Shown here piece after piece: positions 24,159-37,747 of a DNA stretch of 64,000 nt (its first letter is position 1; every line of letters starts with the position of its first letter). The position numbers were made by a program, and so were the translations under genes. The DNA is from Macrostomum lignano (taxonomy: Eukaryota). Under the pieces are notes generated by a model. That model made no database searches. It was not told the origin of the DNA and was given only the letters and a program-made list of their open reading frames with translations. The DNA lies in contig NIVC01002030.1 in NCBI GenBank assembly GCA_002269645.1, positions 285,389 through 349,388 on the forward strand. Reading direction: 5' to 3'.

Positions 24159-27100
24159 TCAAATCATCTCTATGGAGACCCGCGCCATTGACAATTGAGT
24201 TCGCTGGTCGCTGACCGACTGAGTCAGAGATCGTTGGCGTCGCCTCGGCCTCGCCGATAGCAGCGGCTGCGAGGTGAACGGCACCGATGCCTCCTGGAGC
24301 AGCTTGAGCACGCAGCTGTACACCTCATCGCTGCCGTCGCCTTTGCAGTCATCGGACGCCTGTCGCCGCGCCAGTCTGAGCAGCTCGTCGGCAATCCGAC
24401 GATTGAAATCTGACCAGACGCGCGTGTCGATGTCGGAGAATAGCAACAGCGACGAAGACTGGGAGCCGGAGGAGGAGTCTTTGTAGTTGACGGCCGTTTC
24501 ACGTGCCGCTCGCGACGCAGCTTCGTCGGCTCGTTTGATCGACGCCTGACGATCGACGCTCTCGACGCGAAGTTGCTCGACCGCGGCGGCTAGGGCGGCT
24601 ATGTCGGCGCGTCGACGAGTTGTCGATTCGTCGAGTCGCGTCTGCTCGGCCGCAGCCGAATCAATCCCGGCAAGGAGATCTTCTCGGCGCCGACGGCTGG
24701 CGTCGAGGCGAGCAACAGCCGATGCCAGGTTCTCTTGAAGTTGTCGACGCTGTTCGGCGAGCGCCTCCTTGACAGCCAGCAGCTCCTCCCTGCTGCCGCT
24801 GCCGTTGTCGGCCTGTGATCTTTCGTCGTTTCCTGTCGTTTCTAAGCTGTCGTCGATCTTTATCTGGTGGTTGAAGCAGTAGAATAGTTTAGTAAAGATA
24901 TAAACCAATTTCATTGTACATGGTAGACAGTTTAGAGTTAGTTAATATTCCTGGCCATGCAAATGTGCATATAGACAGAGTTTAAGGAACTTATACTCGG
25001 GCAATGTACGTTTGGAGCAAGGGGATGTGGTAAGAGGGTCAAGGAAATTGAGGAATGTACATTGAGGATAGGAGGTAAGCGAGTCAGGCAATATACATAA
25101 GGGATAGAGGGTAAGAGAGTCGAGCAATGTACATTGGGGACAGAGGGTAAGAGAGTCGAGCAATGTACATTGGGGACAGAGGGTAAGAGAGTCGAGCAAT
25201 GTACATTGGGGACAGAGGGTAAGAGAGTCGAGCAATGTACATTGGGGACAGAGGGTAAGAGAGTCGAGCAATGTACATTGGGGACAGAGGGTAAGAAAGT
25301 CGAGCAATGTACATTGGGGACAGAGGGTAAGAAAGTCGAGCAATGTACATTGGGGACAGAGGGTAAGAGAGTCGAGCAATGCACATTGGGGACAGGGGGT
25401 AAGAGAGTCAGGCAATGCACATTGGGGACAGGGGGTAAGAGAGTCAGGTAATATTGGGGATGGAGAGTCGTGGGCGACGTACATTGAGGACAGAGGGAGA
25501 GAGTCAGATTCGGGCAATATGCAATACATTAGCTGAACTAACTCGGCCGGTCACTCACAGTCTCGAAAGTGGGGCCAGCTGACCCGATGGCTTCAGCCTG
25601 GCGCCGAAGTCGACGCATCCGCCGCAGCCAGGCCTGACAGCGGCGCAGCTCCTCCTGCGCTTTTCGTTGCGCCGACGCGGCGCGCGCGAATCGGCGCCGT
25701 CTAGCCGCCGGCGTCTCGATGTCCGGCAAATCCGCATCGGCCGCGTCACTGTCGGCGGGGCCGGCCTCCCTGGCGGTTGCCAGGCTGCGCTGCAGGCGCT
25801 CTGTCTCGGCGTCGGCGCGTTGGCGCACTTCGGAAACTGCACGACGTTCGCGCGCCGTTCGCGCCACGGCGCGTTGCGCCAGCTCGCTATCGCGCTGCTG
25901 CTCGCGAATCTCGGCGCCAAGACGGGCCGCTTCGCCCCGCAGCCGGTCGATGTCGCGGCGCCATTCGGCGCCTGTGGCGCGCATTTGGCGCAGCTGAGTC
26001 GGGCAGTTGAGCCAATCAGACAGCTGGGTGAGCTGGTCGAGCTGGGCTGTAAGCTCCGACTTCAAATCTGCGAGTTAGTTCAAATTTTATAATAAAAATA
26101 AAAATGACAATCGACCTTGGTAACCAGATTGTCGGCCCATAGCAACCAAATCAAGGAGCCTTGGTGACTAATTAAATTCGAAATTGCAAAACTCACTATT
26201 CAATTCCAGATCCTGACCAGCCCGCTTCTCCCTCTCAGCGGCCCTGCGAGTCTCTTCAGTCTGCAGTCCCCGGGTCAGCCTCTCGATTGCCTCCTCCATC
26301 GACTTTGATGTCGCCGCCTGTTCGTTGCCGGCCCGTCTGAGCGACGCCAATCGTTGATGCGCCGCCGACAGCAACTGGCGCCGCTCCTTCAACGTGACTT
26401 CGGCCTGGTCGGCTTCCACCGTCAGGGCCTGCAGCCGGGCGGCCACCCGAGGCCGACTACGACGCTGCAGCCGCTCCAGACGCCGCTCCGATCGACGCAA
26501 CGCCGTTTGAAACTTTTTCAGCATAGCCGACTCTTCCTTGTCTGACGATGCCGCGGCAGTCTGATCCCGGTGGGAATTCGATGATGGCCGGCGAAGTCGC
26601 TCCAGCTGACGCTGAATGTTGGAGAACTTGGCGCGCTGGGCTGCGACTTGAGTCTGCGAGCAACAGTGCGGGATGGAGCAGACCTTGTCTCTTCGGACAC
26701 CCAGATTGTCTCCCTCGGACACCTACTTTGTCTCCCTTGGACACCTACTTTGTCTCCTTTGGACACCTCATTTTGTCTCCCTTGGACACCTCATTTTGTC
26801 TCCCTCGGACGCCTCACTGTGTCTCCCTCGGACACCTCACTGTGTCTCCCTCGGACACCTCACTTTGTCTCCCTCGGACACCTCACTTTGTCTCCCTCGG
26901 ACACCTCACTGTGTCTCCCTCGGACACCCCAGCCTCACTGTGTCTCTCTCGGACACCTCACTTTGTCTCCCTCGGACACCTCACTTTGTCTCCCTCGGTC
27001 ACCCCACTGTCTCCCTCGGACACCTCACTGTGTCTCCCTCGGACACCTCACTTTGTCTCCCTCGGACACCTCACTGTGTCTCCCTCGGACACCCCAGCCT

Positions 27101-28754
27101 CACTGTGTCTCTCTCGGACACCTCACTTTGTCTCCCTCGGACACCTCACTTTGTCTCCCTCGGTCACCCCATTGTCTCCCTCGGACACCTCACTGTGTCT
27201 CCCTCGGACACCTCACTTTGTCTCCCTCGGACACCTCACTGTGTCTCCCTCGGACACCCCAGCCTCACTGTGTCTCTCTCGGACACCTCACTTTGTCTCC
27301 CTGGGACACCTCACTTTGTCTCCCTCGGTCACCCCACCGTGTCTCTCTCGGACACCCCACCGTGTCTCTCTCGGACACCCCACCGTGTCTCTCTCGGACA
27401 CCTCACTGTGTCTCCCTCGGACACCTCACTGTGTCTCTCTCGGACACCTCACTGTGTCTCCCTCGGACACCCCAATTTTTTCTCAATCGGACACCGCATC
27501 CGGTCCAGCTTACCCCAAGCTGATCTGCCACACTGTGCGCATCTCCCAGTTCGCGCTTAGCCGCTTCATTCGATCGCGCTAGTGCCATTAATTGGCGCCT
27601 AACTAGCGCCACAGCCTGGCGCCATCGCCTCGCCTCGGCGCCAGCCTCATTCAGCCGCGCTCTCTGTTGCGCCAATTTGCGCCGAGTGCGTTTTGTGTCG
27701 TCGCGAGTGGCTTCAAATTTTTCTCTTAAATTTGCGACCTCGCAGCGGGCGGCCTGCAGCCGGCTTAGGGCGGTCTCAGCCCGGCAGGTCAGGAGTTCGA
27801 TCTCCCGGTCTCGGCCGGCCAGCCGGTCTAGCGCGACAGCGCCAACCTGGCGCCGCAGCTTGCGCAGTTCGCGCCGATCGACCCGCAGCTGGGATCGAGC
27901 GCCGGCGCATTCGGCCTGAGCCGCCTGAATTTGTTTAAATTAGTTCGTTTCTAAGAAATTTGTTTAAAAATATTGTTATTTAAAAGGATCGTTTCTAAGA
28001 AAACTATGGAGGCTTTTTGTTTTACCAGGATTTTTTATAAGAAAAAATTCAAACTTATAAGTTGTTTGAATTCAGTTTTTAGTGTTTAACTGACAGTGAA
28101 ACTACTAAAGATAGTATATTTCCTGTCCAGGTCGATTCAACAAGTTTTTAAGCAAAGTTTTTCACTTGCTTTATCATTTTGAAGAATTTTTAACGAAAAA
28201 TTCAACCAAGCTGCTTACAGAGGCCTCCTCGGTCACAACCTGCAGCCGCTGGCGCCGCTCCCCCAGTCGTTTGTCAAGCGCGCTTCTCAACTGTTCCAAT
28301 TTTTGCAAGTCCAACTCTTTTCTGTTGCTTTCGGCTGCGGCAGTTCCAGCTGCTGAAATTGCTGCTTCCGCTGCTGAAGCAGCCGCCTGTTCAGCCAATT
28401 CCTCTTTTGGCGCCGATTCTCCGTCCAGCCGCTGACGCATCCGGCATCGACGCGCCTCCAGATTGGCAATCGCGCGCCTACAGGCCGTTAATTGACGGCG
28501 CACGGCGCCACTCTCGGACAGGTCGGCGCGAAGTCTCTCTAATTCGCGCTCGATGGCGCCAGATTGGCGCCGCTCCGAGGCCACATCGGCTTCAGCGGAC
28601 GACAACAATTGGCGCGCTGGTTGGATCGCCTGGCGGGCAGCTGAGAGGCGCGCCGTCAGACCGAGGATTGAGTTGTCTAGCGCCGAAATCTCGCTGGCCT
28701 GTTGCTCAGTTGTGGCGCGCAGACTTTGGACCTCGATATGAACAAAATTTATCG
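24159..28754 (-). CDS. Spliced gene C: long Ala/Arg/Glu-rich coiled-coil protein (>=871 aa), 5' end unresolved. Exons 28754-28219, 27924-27514, 26653-26197, 26067-25559, 24863-24159
   Basis: Donors GTAAGC (28218), GTAAGC (27513), GTGAGT (26196), GTGAGT (25558). Acceptors aattcag|, gctcgcag|, ctaactcgcag|, caaccaccag|. All junctions keep one stop-free frame with continuous heptad character, ending at TGA 24159. Confidence 0.85.
25060..25510. repeat. 36-bp minisatellite GAGAGTCGAGCAATGTACATTGGGGACAGAGGGTAA in a gene C intron
   Basis: Tandem copies. Confidence 0.95.
26690..27472. repeat. 23-bp minisatellite GGACACCTCACT(G/T)TGTCTCCCTC in a gene C intron
   Basis: Tandem copies with higher-order variants. 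Confidence 0.95.
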
Positions 28755-29373
28755 CTGGTGTTATTAAGACGTCACATTTAAGAAATAAAATTTAAATACA
28801 AATTTGAATTATTAATTTAAAGAAATTGTAAATGGCAGGATATTTTTATCTTTCATTTTAAGTACTGACTTACCTTGTACTATCTAAATTAACAATCTTG
28901 TTATTAAAGACTATAACATTTATTTCAGTTATATTGAAGCCTTTAGAAACAAAATTATTTAAAACAATAAATAGTACTGTGAATTCTTTGCAAGTTAGTT
29001 AGTTTAATCGGTTGGATAGTTTTAAGATAGCATAGTAATTTACACTTATTGCTATTGAAAGCAACAAAGACGACATTAAAACATATAGAAATAAGAATAT
29101 ATTATATTATATTATTTGCACTGCAATTATTATTTAATATACATTATTATCTCTCGTGTACTCTTATCTGATGGTATCCTTTTTATACAACTATAAGTAT
29201 AAGTTGTAGCTATATATCAGTAGCAAAACTTTATTTTCCTTGGTACCTTCCTTGCCTTTGCTAAATTTTAAAAATAAACATAAAGTTACGATAATTATTG
29301 CTCTAGTTGTCATAAACTACTGTTTAAAATTGTAGAAAATGACGACTTATAAGTCGTAGCTACACTGACATAC

Positions 29374-29487
29374 CTGTGTTAAAAGACCTTTATTGTATTC
29401 ATTTGCTACTGGGCATTCGTACCCCTTTAGCAGATCCAATTCCTTCAAAACTGCCCTAAATTCACACGTATTCTTCGAATTCTGCAT
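29374..29487 (-). CDS. Candidate upstream exon of gene C (MQNSKNTCEFRAVLKELDLLKGYECPVANEYNKGLLTQ)
   Basis: Open frame ending at donor CAG|GTATGT. Joins gene C only via a 10-nt microexon at 28883-28874 (see findings). Confidence 0.4.
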
Positions 29488-30837
29488 TCCGAATCATTCT
29501 ATCAGTGCCGTTTTGAAATCATATCATTCACTGCCTTTTCGTCAGGCTTACAAATAAAATTAGGACGTTACTTTCGTTTAGGTATCTCGTGTGCACATTA
29601 AATAATATTATGCACGTCAGATTAAAACCTATGTGTAATCAACAATTTTCTTCCTTTCTAAATTAGTTTTATTTTTTAACGATTACTCAGTAGTTAAAAA
29701 AAAATAAATTATAAAAAGTTAATACACTATCTGTTAATTATTAGGAAATTGCAGACGGTTTTTTGTTATACTGTCTTACAGAATCACGATTAAGAAATCT
29801 TTAAATATTGGCATGTAAACGATAAATGGAAAGGGCAAACGATAGAGTTGTCGACCTATTTGTTTTGCTTTGCCCGAAAAAAATTCCTTATCGACTATTT
29901 TTGCAGGGATTTTCCTCTACATGTAGATACTATTCGAGTGCTCGAGTTATTACTTGTTGAGTCGTCCTTGATTTTGGAACGCAATATACATGTACCATTA
30001 AAAGCTTTAAACAAGCAAAAAGTAAGGAAAAGTAAATGCAGAATTACAAAATAAGAACTGTTTACATATAAGTTTTTACCTAGCAGAAAATAGCATGCAA
30101 AAGACCTGGATATGTGCCAATAATGGTGGAGAAGTTTTCGAAAATTTGAAGTTTCTATTCGGTTCAAGGTGTGCCAAAAACCTTCTTATTATTTAATACC
30201 GCTATAAAAGAGCCTTCAATAGTAATTGCGTTTCCTACATGTATGTATATGGTGCATAATGCATTTAAAGCTTTAGGCTATAGACACAGTGTGTGTGAGG
30301 GGATCTAGAATTTCATTTCGGGGGAATCCAAGTTGGGGCGCCAACATGAGTATGAGGGGCGCCAATTTTTAAGCCAGGAAGCGCAAAAAATGCGTGTAGG
30401 GGGCGAAAATTCAAGTTTAAAGGGCGCAAACTTTGTTTTTTTAGGGGGTGCAGCAGTATGTTCTATCAACCTAATTTTGGGAGGTGGCGCCAAGGCCACT
30501 ACCCCTGCGTGTTGGTTGGGGAGTATATTGGGAGCTTGAATCAATAATAAAGTATGTACATAAATCCGCCCCGCTTAGGCATCAGGGATTAACATACAAT
30601 ACTATGTGCTTGAAGTCTGGAAAAGAGTTCAATCTTGAAAGCTAAAGCAAAGTATTATTTTAACATACACATGCATGGCATTATATCCTACATATGGCAT
30701 TACAGACTTACTTAACGTCACGCTTGAAAATTGAACGCGAAATTGAAGTTATTCAGTGCAAATTTTAATTCGAATTGTCAATCGATGCTGTCAGTAGGGC
30801 GATTAATTAAAATATGTCAACGATTTACTTGCAGATT

Positions 30838-31852
30838 TCTGCAGTAGCTTTGGCGCCCCATGCAGTAGCTTTGGCGCCCCCTTGCCGTAGCTTTGGCGCC
30901 CCATGCAGTAGCTTTGGCGCCCAATGCAGTAGCTTTGGCGCCCCATGCAGTAGCTTTGGCGCCCCTGGTGCTGGCGCCCCATGCAGTAGCTTTGGCGCCC
31001 CATGCAGTAGCTTTGGCGCCCCTGGTGCTGGCGCCCCATGCAGTAGCTTTGGCGCCTCCTTGCCGTAGCTTTGGCGCCCCATGCAGGAGCTTTGGCGCCT
31101 CCTTGCCGTAGCTTTGGCGCCCCATGCAGTAGCTTTGGCGCCCCATGCAGTAGCTTTGGCGCCCCATGCAGTAGCTTTGACGCTCCATGCAGGAGCTTTG
31201 GCGCCCCTGGTGCTGGCGCCCCATGCAGTAGCTTTGGCGCCCCATGCAGTAGCTTTGGCGCCCCATGCAGTAGCTTTGGCGCTCCATGCAGGAGCTTTGG
31301 CGCCCCTGGTGCTGGCGCCCCATGCAGTAGCTTTGGCGCCCCATGCAGTAGCTTTGGCGCCCCATGCAGTAGCTTTGGCGCCCCATGCAGTAGCTTTGGC
31401 GCCCCATGCAGTAGCTTTGGCGCCCCATGCAGTAGCTTTGGCGCCCCATGCAGTAGCTTTGGCGCCCCATGCAGTAGCTTTGGCGCCCCTGGTGCTGGCG
31501 CCCCTGGTGCTGGCGCCCCTGGTGCTGGCGCCCCTGGTGCTGGCGCCCCTGGTGCTGGCGCCCCTGGTGCTGGCGCCCCTGGTGCTGGCGCCCCTGGTGC
31601 TGGCGCCCCTGGTGCTGGCGCCCCTGGTGCTGGCGCCCCTGGTGCTGGCGCCCCTGGTGCTGGCGCCCCTGGTGCTAGAGCTCCTAGTGCTAGAGCTCCT
31701 AGTGCCAAAGCCCCTCGTGCTAAAACCCCTGGTGCTAAAACCCCTAGTGCTGGCGCCCCTGGTGCTAAAACCCCTGGTGCTAAAACCCCTAGTGCTGGCG
31801 CCCCTGGTGCTAAAACCCCTGGTGCTAAAACCCCTAGTGCCAAAGCCCCTGG
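30838..31852. repeat. GGCGCC-core minisatellite: 21-bp TGGCGCCCCATGCAGTAGCTT grading into 15-bp TGGCGCCCCTGGTGC
   Basis: Tandem copies; explains the GAP(A/K)-type ORFs. Confidence 0.97.
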
Positions 31853-32371
31853 TACTTTCAGCATTTTTTACATAATAATTCATTGACAATTAATCATGAC
31901 AACAACATTCCCAACCAAATGTGCAGGTGAAAACGACTCCTGACACGAGTAGCAGCGCAAGCAGCACATTATTGCTGTGGTATTAAGCTAAAAATAGATT
32001 TCAAGGCCATATGATATGTTGACCGCCTGCCTTTGCGACCCGATCCAGCCTCCCAATTTAATTAATAGCTAAACCAGCTGCCCCTATTATTTTAATAACG
32101 GCTTTTATTCATGTGACAAGACAGTTAGGAAAATGGGGGGCTTCGTTGAAGCAATTTACAAAACAGATTATTAAGAGACTGCATGATCCCCGGCGATCAG
32201 TTTTAGACTGGTTTTTGTTTTTGTCAACCGCGTTCAACCATATCGACTCTTACTTCAAAATTGTATATGTATTTCTGACCTTCGCTCAGCGCTCATGGCT
32301 CAGTATTGACTAGTTAAAATTGTTTATCTCTTTTCATATCGTAGTCACTAATTTTATCACTTCCATATCCA

Positions 32372-32645
32372 TTGGGGAATCTGAGGTCGTCAGTTGGGGA
32401 ATCCAATGTCGTCAATTGGGAAATCCAAGGATGCCAATCGGGGAATCCAAGGTCGTCGATTGGGAAATCCAAGGTCGTCAATTGGGGAATCCAAGGGCGC
32501 TAATTGGGGAATCCAAGGTCGCCGATTGGGGAATCCAAGGTCGCCGATTGGGGAATCCAAGGTCGCCAATTGGGGAATCCAAGGCACCAATTGGGGAATC
32601 CAAGGACGCCAATTGGGAAATCCAAGGTCACCAATGGGGAAATCT
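32372..32645. repeat. 22-bp minisatellite GGGGAATCCAAGGTCGCCAATT
   Basis: Tandem degenerate copies. Confidence 0.9.
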
Positions 32646-33055
32646 AGAGCCGCCGCGGGGGTTGCCATAAGAGGGACGTTAGGCGGCAGTTCCAATTTGT
32701 CATCTTGATACATGTAAAAAAACTAAAGAGAACGGCTGTGCAGGACCATGTAAATCCACATCGTTTCGTTCATGTGCACTTTTTCTGCGCCAGTATGGCG
32801 GACTCAGATAATGACAAAAACTGTTAAATTTCACTGAGCCTCGCATAGCAACTGGAATTCGGTCGTTCTGAATAACACTGGAATCATAATTAACTCTCTT
32901 CTTATTCCTCGACATTCAAAACTGGACGTCATGAATTATGCATTTCAAATGCCGTTCTGCATAACAGTTCTATAGCTAAACATTGGTTGCAGTCGGGCAT
33001 GCAGCGGTCTCTATGTGCTAGAATGCATATTCATATGAATATTCCTGCTTTTAGC

Positions 33056-33765
<710 letters not shown>

Positions 33766-34242
33766 AATCTCATGTATACCTCAGATCAACATACTTATTT
33801 TGAGTAGCCAGATAGGTATGGAAGCTATGGTTATATCCCTTGGCATTGACCTAATAAACTGATAAGACCGCTGGGTGCATGACCAGGAAATGCCCAAGTT
33901 TACAATAACCACAAGCTCAAACTAATCAGCTAGCTCGAAAATAAGCCTAACTTTTCATTCTTGACTTTGTATAAGCTGCAATATCAATTTATGATTTATT
34001 GATACTCAGTGGAAGTGGATGCTGCAGAGCTGTTTATAATAAGTACATGCCGGCAGCAAATTGCTTCGGCTCTTAGCAATTAATCATTGAACTGTCATAT
34101 GCATATTTGTTAATGGCATGCCATAGCAGTTAATGGCATGGTTACTTAAGTCGGTTGCGAAGCAGCTGCATGAGAGTGCACAGTGGACTGAGAAGACTGG
34201 CGGGCGCATCCATCACCAACGATTCCTGGAAATAAATACTCA

Positions 34243-34385
<143 letters not shown>

Positions 34386-34899
34386 TCCTTGGTAAACACA
34401 CCAAATTTAAACAGAGCCGTACAATTAAGTTGAAAGCATCAGCTCAGAGCAGAGATGCTGGAGTAGATGAAGCATTTAATCCTAGAAAACTCCCGAATCA
34501 GATGGAGATCGAGAGCTCTCAGGCGCAGTCTAATTAACCTTCAGCGAGTCTGTCAGCTCAATCCAGTTTATCCCAGTCTAATCCGACTGCTTCCTTTTAT
34601 TTTTCTGAGTTCCAGAGCCGCCCGGCCCCCTAGCAACAGCAGCGCATACATCAAGCCGTGTCTCTTGCCAACAATCTAAGATTTGAATTTCCTTGCCAGC
34701 TCCAGGATCTTCTAGAAGACCCTTCCTTCCTTCGCGAGCCTTATCTCGTGAAAAGACACATGGCGAGGAAAAATTACTTTTTGCCTGTCCAAATTTTCAA
34801 TAAACTTGACGGGGGCATCCGATGAAGGTGATTTATTTTTGCTTTAACCTTGATCAGTCTCTTGCTGGAATGAGCTGTTTGTTAACTTTTCATCAAAAA

Positions 34900-35150
34900 G
34901 AGAGGGCAAATATAAGAGAGAGGGAAGAGCAAAGAGATTGGAGATAAAGCGTATAGAGGAGGGTATAGCGGAGGGTATAGAGGAGGGTTTAAAGGAGGGT
35001 ATAGAGAAGGGTATAGAGGAGGGTATAGAGGGGAGGATAGAGGAGGGGATAGAGGAGGGGATAGAGGGTTGATATAGAGGAGGGGATACAGAAGGGGATA
35101 GAGGAGGGTATAGAGGAGGGTATAGAGGAGGGGATAGAGGATTATAGAGA
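34900..35150. repeat. 12-13-bp purine-rich repeat AGAGGAGGG(G)TAT
   Basis: Directly visible. Confidence 0.85.
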
Positions 35151-35804
35151 GTGAATAAAGGTCACATATAGAAAACAGAAGTTGTGAAACAATAAACTTT
35201 ATTGTAAAGTTTTTTGCAAACTATTTTTAAATTTGGGCCAATTTTCGGCTTTCACAAGTAAACACAAGTAAATAAAAGTGCAAGTTTCTACAGCTAATTG
35301 CCTGGGATGTCAAGCTTTCTGGGGCGCTGCTTGTAAGAGCAGTTTTCACAATTTAACACAGTAATAAACGAGCTTCTGCATAACGTTACGACTTCAGATT
35401 TCAATTCAGATTCTAGCTTTAGAAGTCCATAAATCTGTCGGTAGATTTTAATCTCAATCTTGAGCATCTCCAAAACCGATAGGAACTGAAAATTTCTCAC
35501 AAAGAGCCAAGCCATAGAGAGAGGAGTCTTCCAATATCAGTTCAGCTTTCGAAAAGTTCTCGATGCCATCAGCTGCTCCCCGCACATCTGATCCAATAGG
35601 AACTCTCGCTCTAGCTAGCCCAGAGAGACTACAAATGGCTGGGACAGGGGTGGGTAGAAGACAGGGCTACAGCACTTGGATACGAATAGAAGCCAGAGTA
35701 AAGTAAATATAAAAGGAATTGATTTTCTACCCTTGGCAACACGAATTAAAAGAATTGATTAGAATCCTATTACTAAAAAATAACGCCTACTAAAGTGTGT
35801 CCAA

Positions 35805-36290
35805 TTCTGCCGGAGTGACCAACTCTGCCAGAGTGACCGATTCTGCCGGAGTGACCAATTGTGCCAGAGTGACCAATTCTGCCGGAGTGACCGATTCTGC
35901 CAGAGTGACCGATTGTGCCAGTGACCAATTCTGCCAGAGTGACCAATTCTGCCAGAGTGACCAATTCTGCCAGAGTGACCAATTCTGCCGGAGTGACCGA
36001 TTCTGCCAGAGTGACCGATTGTGCCAGTGACCAATTCTGCCAGAGTGACCAATTCTGCCAGAGTGACCAATTCTGCCAGAGTGACCAATTCTGCCAGAGT
36101 GACCAATTCTGCCAGAGTGACCAATTCTGCCAGAGTGACCAATTCTGCCAGAGTGACCAATTCTGCCAGAGTGACCAATTCTGCCAGAGTGACCAATTCT
36201 GCCAGAGTGACCAATTCTGCCAGAGTGACCAATTCTGTCAGAGTGACCAATTCTGCCAGAGTGACCGATTCTGCCGGAGTGACCAAGCTT
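35805..36290. repeat. 18-bp minisatellite GTGACCAATTCTGCCAGA
   Basis: Tandem copies. Confidence 0.97.
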
Positions 36291-36373
36291 TGACTGGCAA
36301 GAGTAACTAACTACGAGAATCCATTCTCCGTGTCGACAAAGTTTTACTGAAGCTTCCAACTAAGACCGGTTAG

Positions 36374-36577
36374 ATGGAACCAGACGAGTCGTTATCTTCT
36401 CAAATTGGCGCGGATTTGAATCTGCTAGCTAGCGGTTCAGCCGGCGCCGCAGTGGCGTCGGTCCCCGGAGTTCGACACCCGTCGGCAGCTCAGGCGTTCT
36501 GGGCGGCGGCGCCAAATTCTGGCGCGTCGGGGTTCGCCGACGCCGCTGCGGCGTTTGCAGCGAATTTGTCGGCGGGG
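36374..36577 (+). CDS. Candidate GC-rich exon (MEPDESLSSQIGADLNLLASGSAG…AANLSAG); gene assignment unknown, possibly the N-terminus of the GPCR
   Basis: GC-rich island between two satellites. ATG-initiated plus frame ending at donor GGG|GTGAGT; all three minus frames hit stops. Confidence 0.4.
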
Positions 36578-36592
36578 GTGAGTTGGTGACGG

Positions 36593-37710
36593 AGTGACTG
36601 CCTGTGACAGGGTGACAGAGTGACAGGGTGACAGAGTGACAGAGTGACAGAGTGACAGAGGGATAGAGTGACAGAGGGATAGAGTGACAGAGGGATAGAG
36701 TGACAGAGGGATAGAGTGACAGAGGGATAGAGTGACAGAGTGACAGAGTGACAGACTGAGAGGGTGACAGAGTGACAGAGTGACAGAGGGATAGAGTGAC
36801 AGAGGGATAGAGTGACAGAGTAACATAGGGATAGAGTGACAGAGTGACAGAGCGACAGAGTGACAGAGTGACAGAGTGACAGAGTGACAGAGTGACAGAG
36901 TGACAGAGTGACAGACTGAGAGGGTGACAGAGTGACAGAGTGACAGACTGAGAGGGTGACAGAGTGACAGAGTGACAGAGGGATAGAGTGACAGAGTGAC
37001 AGAGTGACAGACTGAGAGGGTGACAGAGTGACAGAGTGACAGAGGGATAGAGTGACAGAGTGATAGAGTGACAGAGTGACAGAGTGACAGACTGAGAGGG
37101 TGACAGAGTGACAGAGTGACAGAGGGATAGAGTGACAGAGGGATAGAGTGACAGAGGGATAGAGTGACAGAGGGATAGAGTGACAGAGGGATAGAGTGAC
37201 AGAGGGATAGAGTGACAGAGTGACAGACTGAGAGGGTGACAGAGTGACAGAGTGACAGAGGGATAGAGTGACAGAGTGACAGAGTGACAGAGTGACAGAG
37301 TGACAGAGTGACAGAGTGACAGAGGGATAGAGTGACAGAGGGATAGAGTGACGGAGTGACATAGGGATAGAGTGACAGAGTGACAGACTGAGAGGGTGAC
37401 AGAGTGACAGAGTGACAGAGTGACAGAGCGACAGAGTGACAGAGGGATAGAGTGACAGAGTGATAGAGTGAAAGACTGAGAGGTTGACAGAGTGACATAG
37501 TGACAGAGTGACATAGTGACAGAGTGACAGAGGGACAGAGGGATAGAGTGACAGAGTGACAGAGCGACAGAGTGACAGAGGGATAGAGTGACAGAGTGAT
37601 AGAGTGAAAGACTGAGAGGTTGACAGAGTGACATAGTGACAGAGTGACATAGTGACAGAGTGACAGAGGGACAGAGTGACAGAGGGATAGAGTGACAGAG
37701 TGGCAGAATA
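36593..37710. repeat. 8-bp satellite (GTGACAGA)n with GGGATAGA/CTGAGAGG variants
   Basis: Directly visible. Confidence 0.97.
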
Positions 37711-37747
37711 ACAGACTGATAGTGAGTACCAAATCTACATACTAATA

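Noticed and set aside
30803-31889. Collagen/elastin-like GAPAP and GAPKLLH ORFs
   Set aside because: Open in several frames on both strands, no splice or start context; explained by 15/21-bp repeats.
35759-37732. Long repetitive ORFs (VTLAEL, SLCHSVTL)
   Set aside because: Translations of 18-bp and 8-bp satellites.
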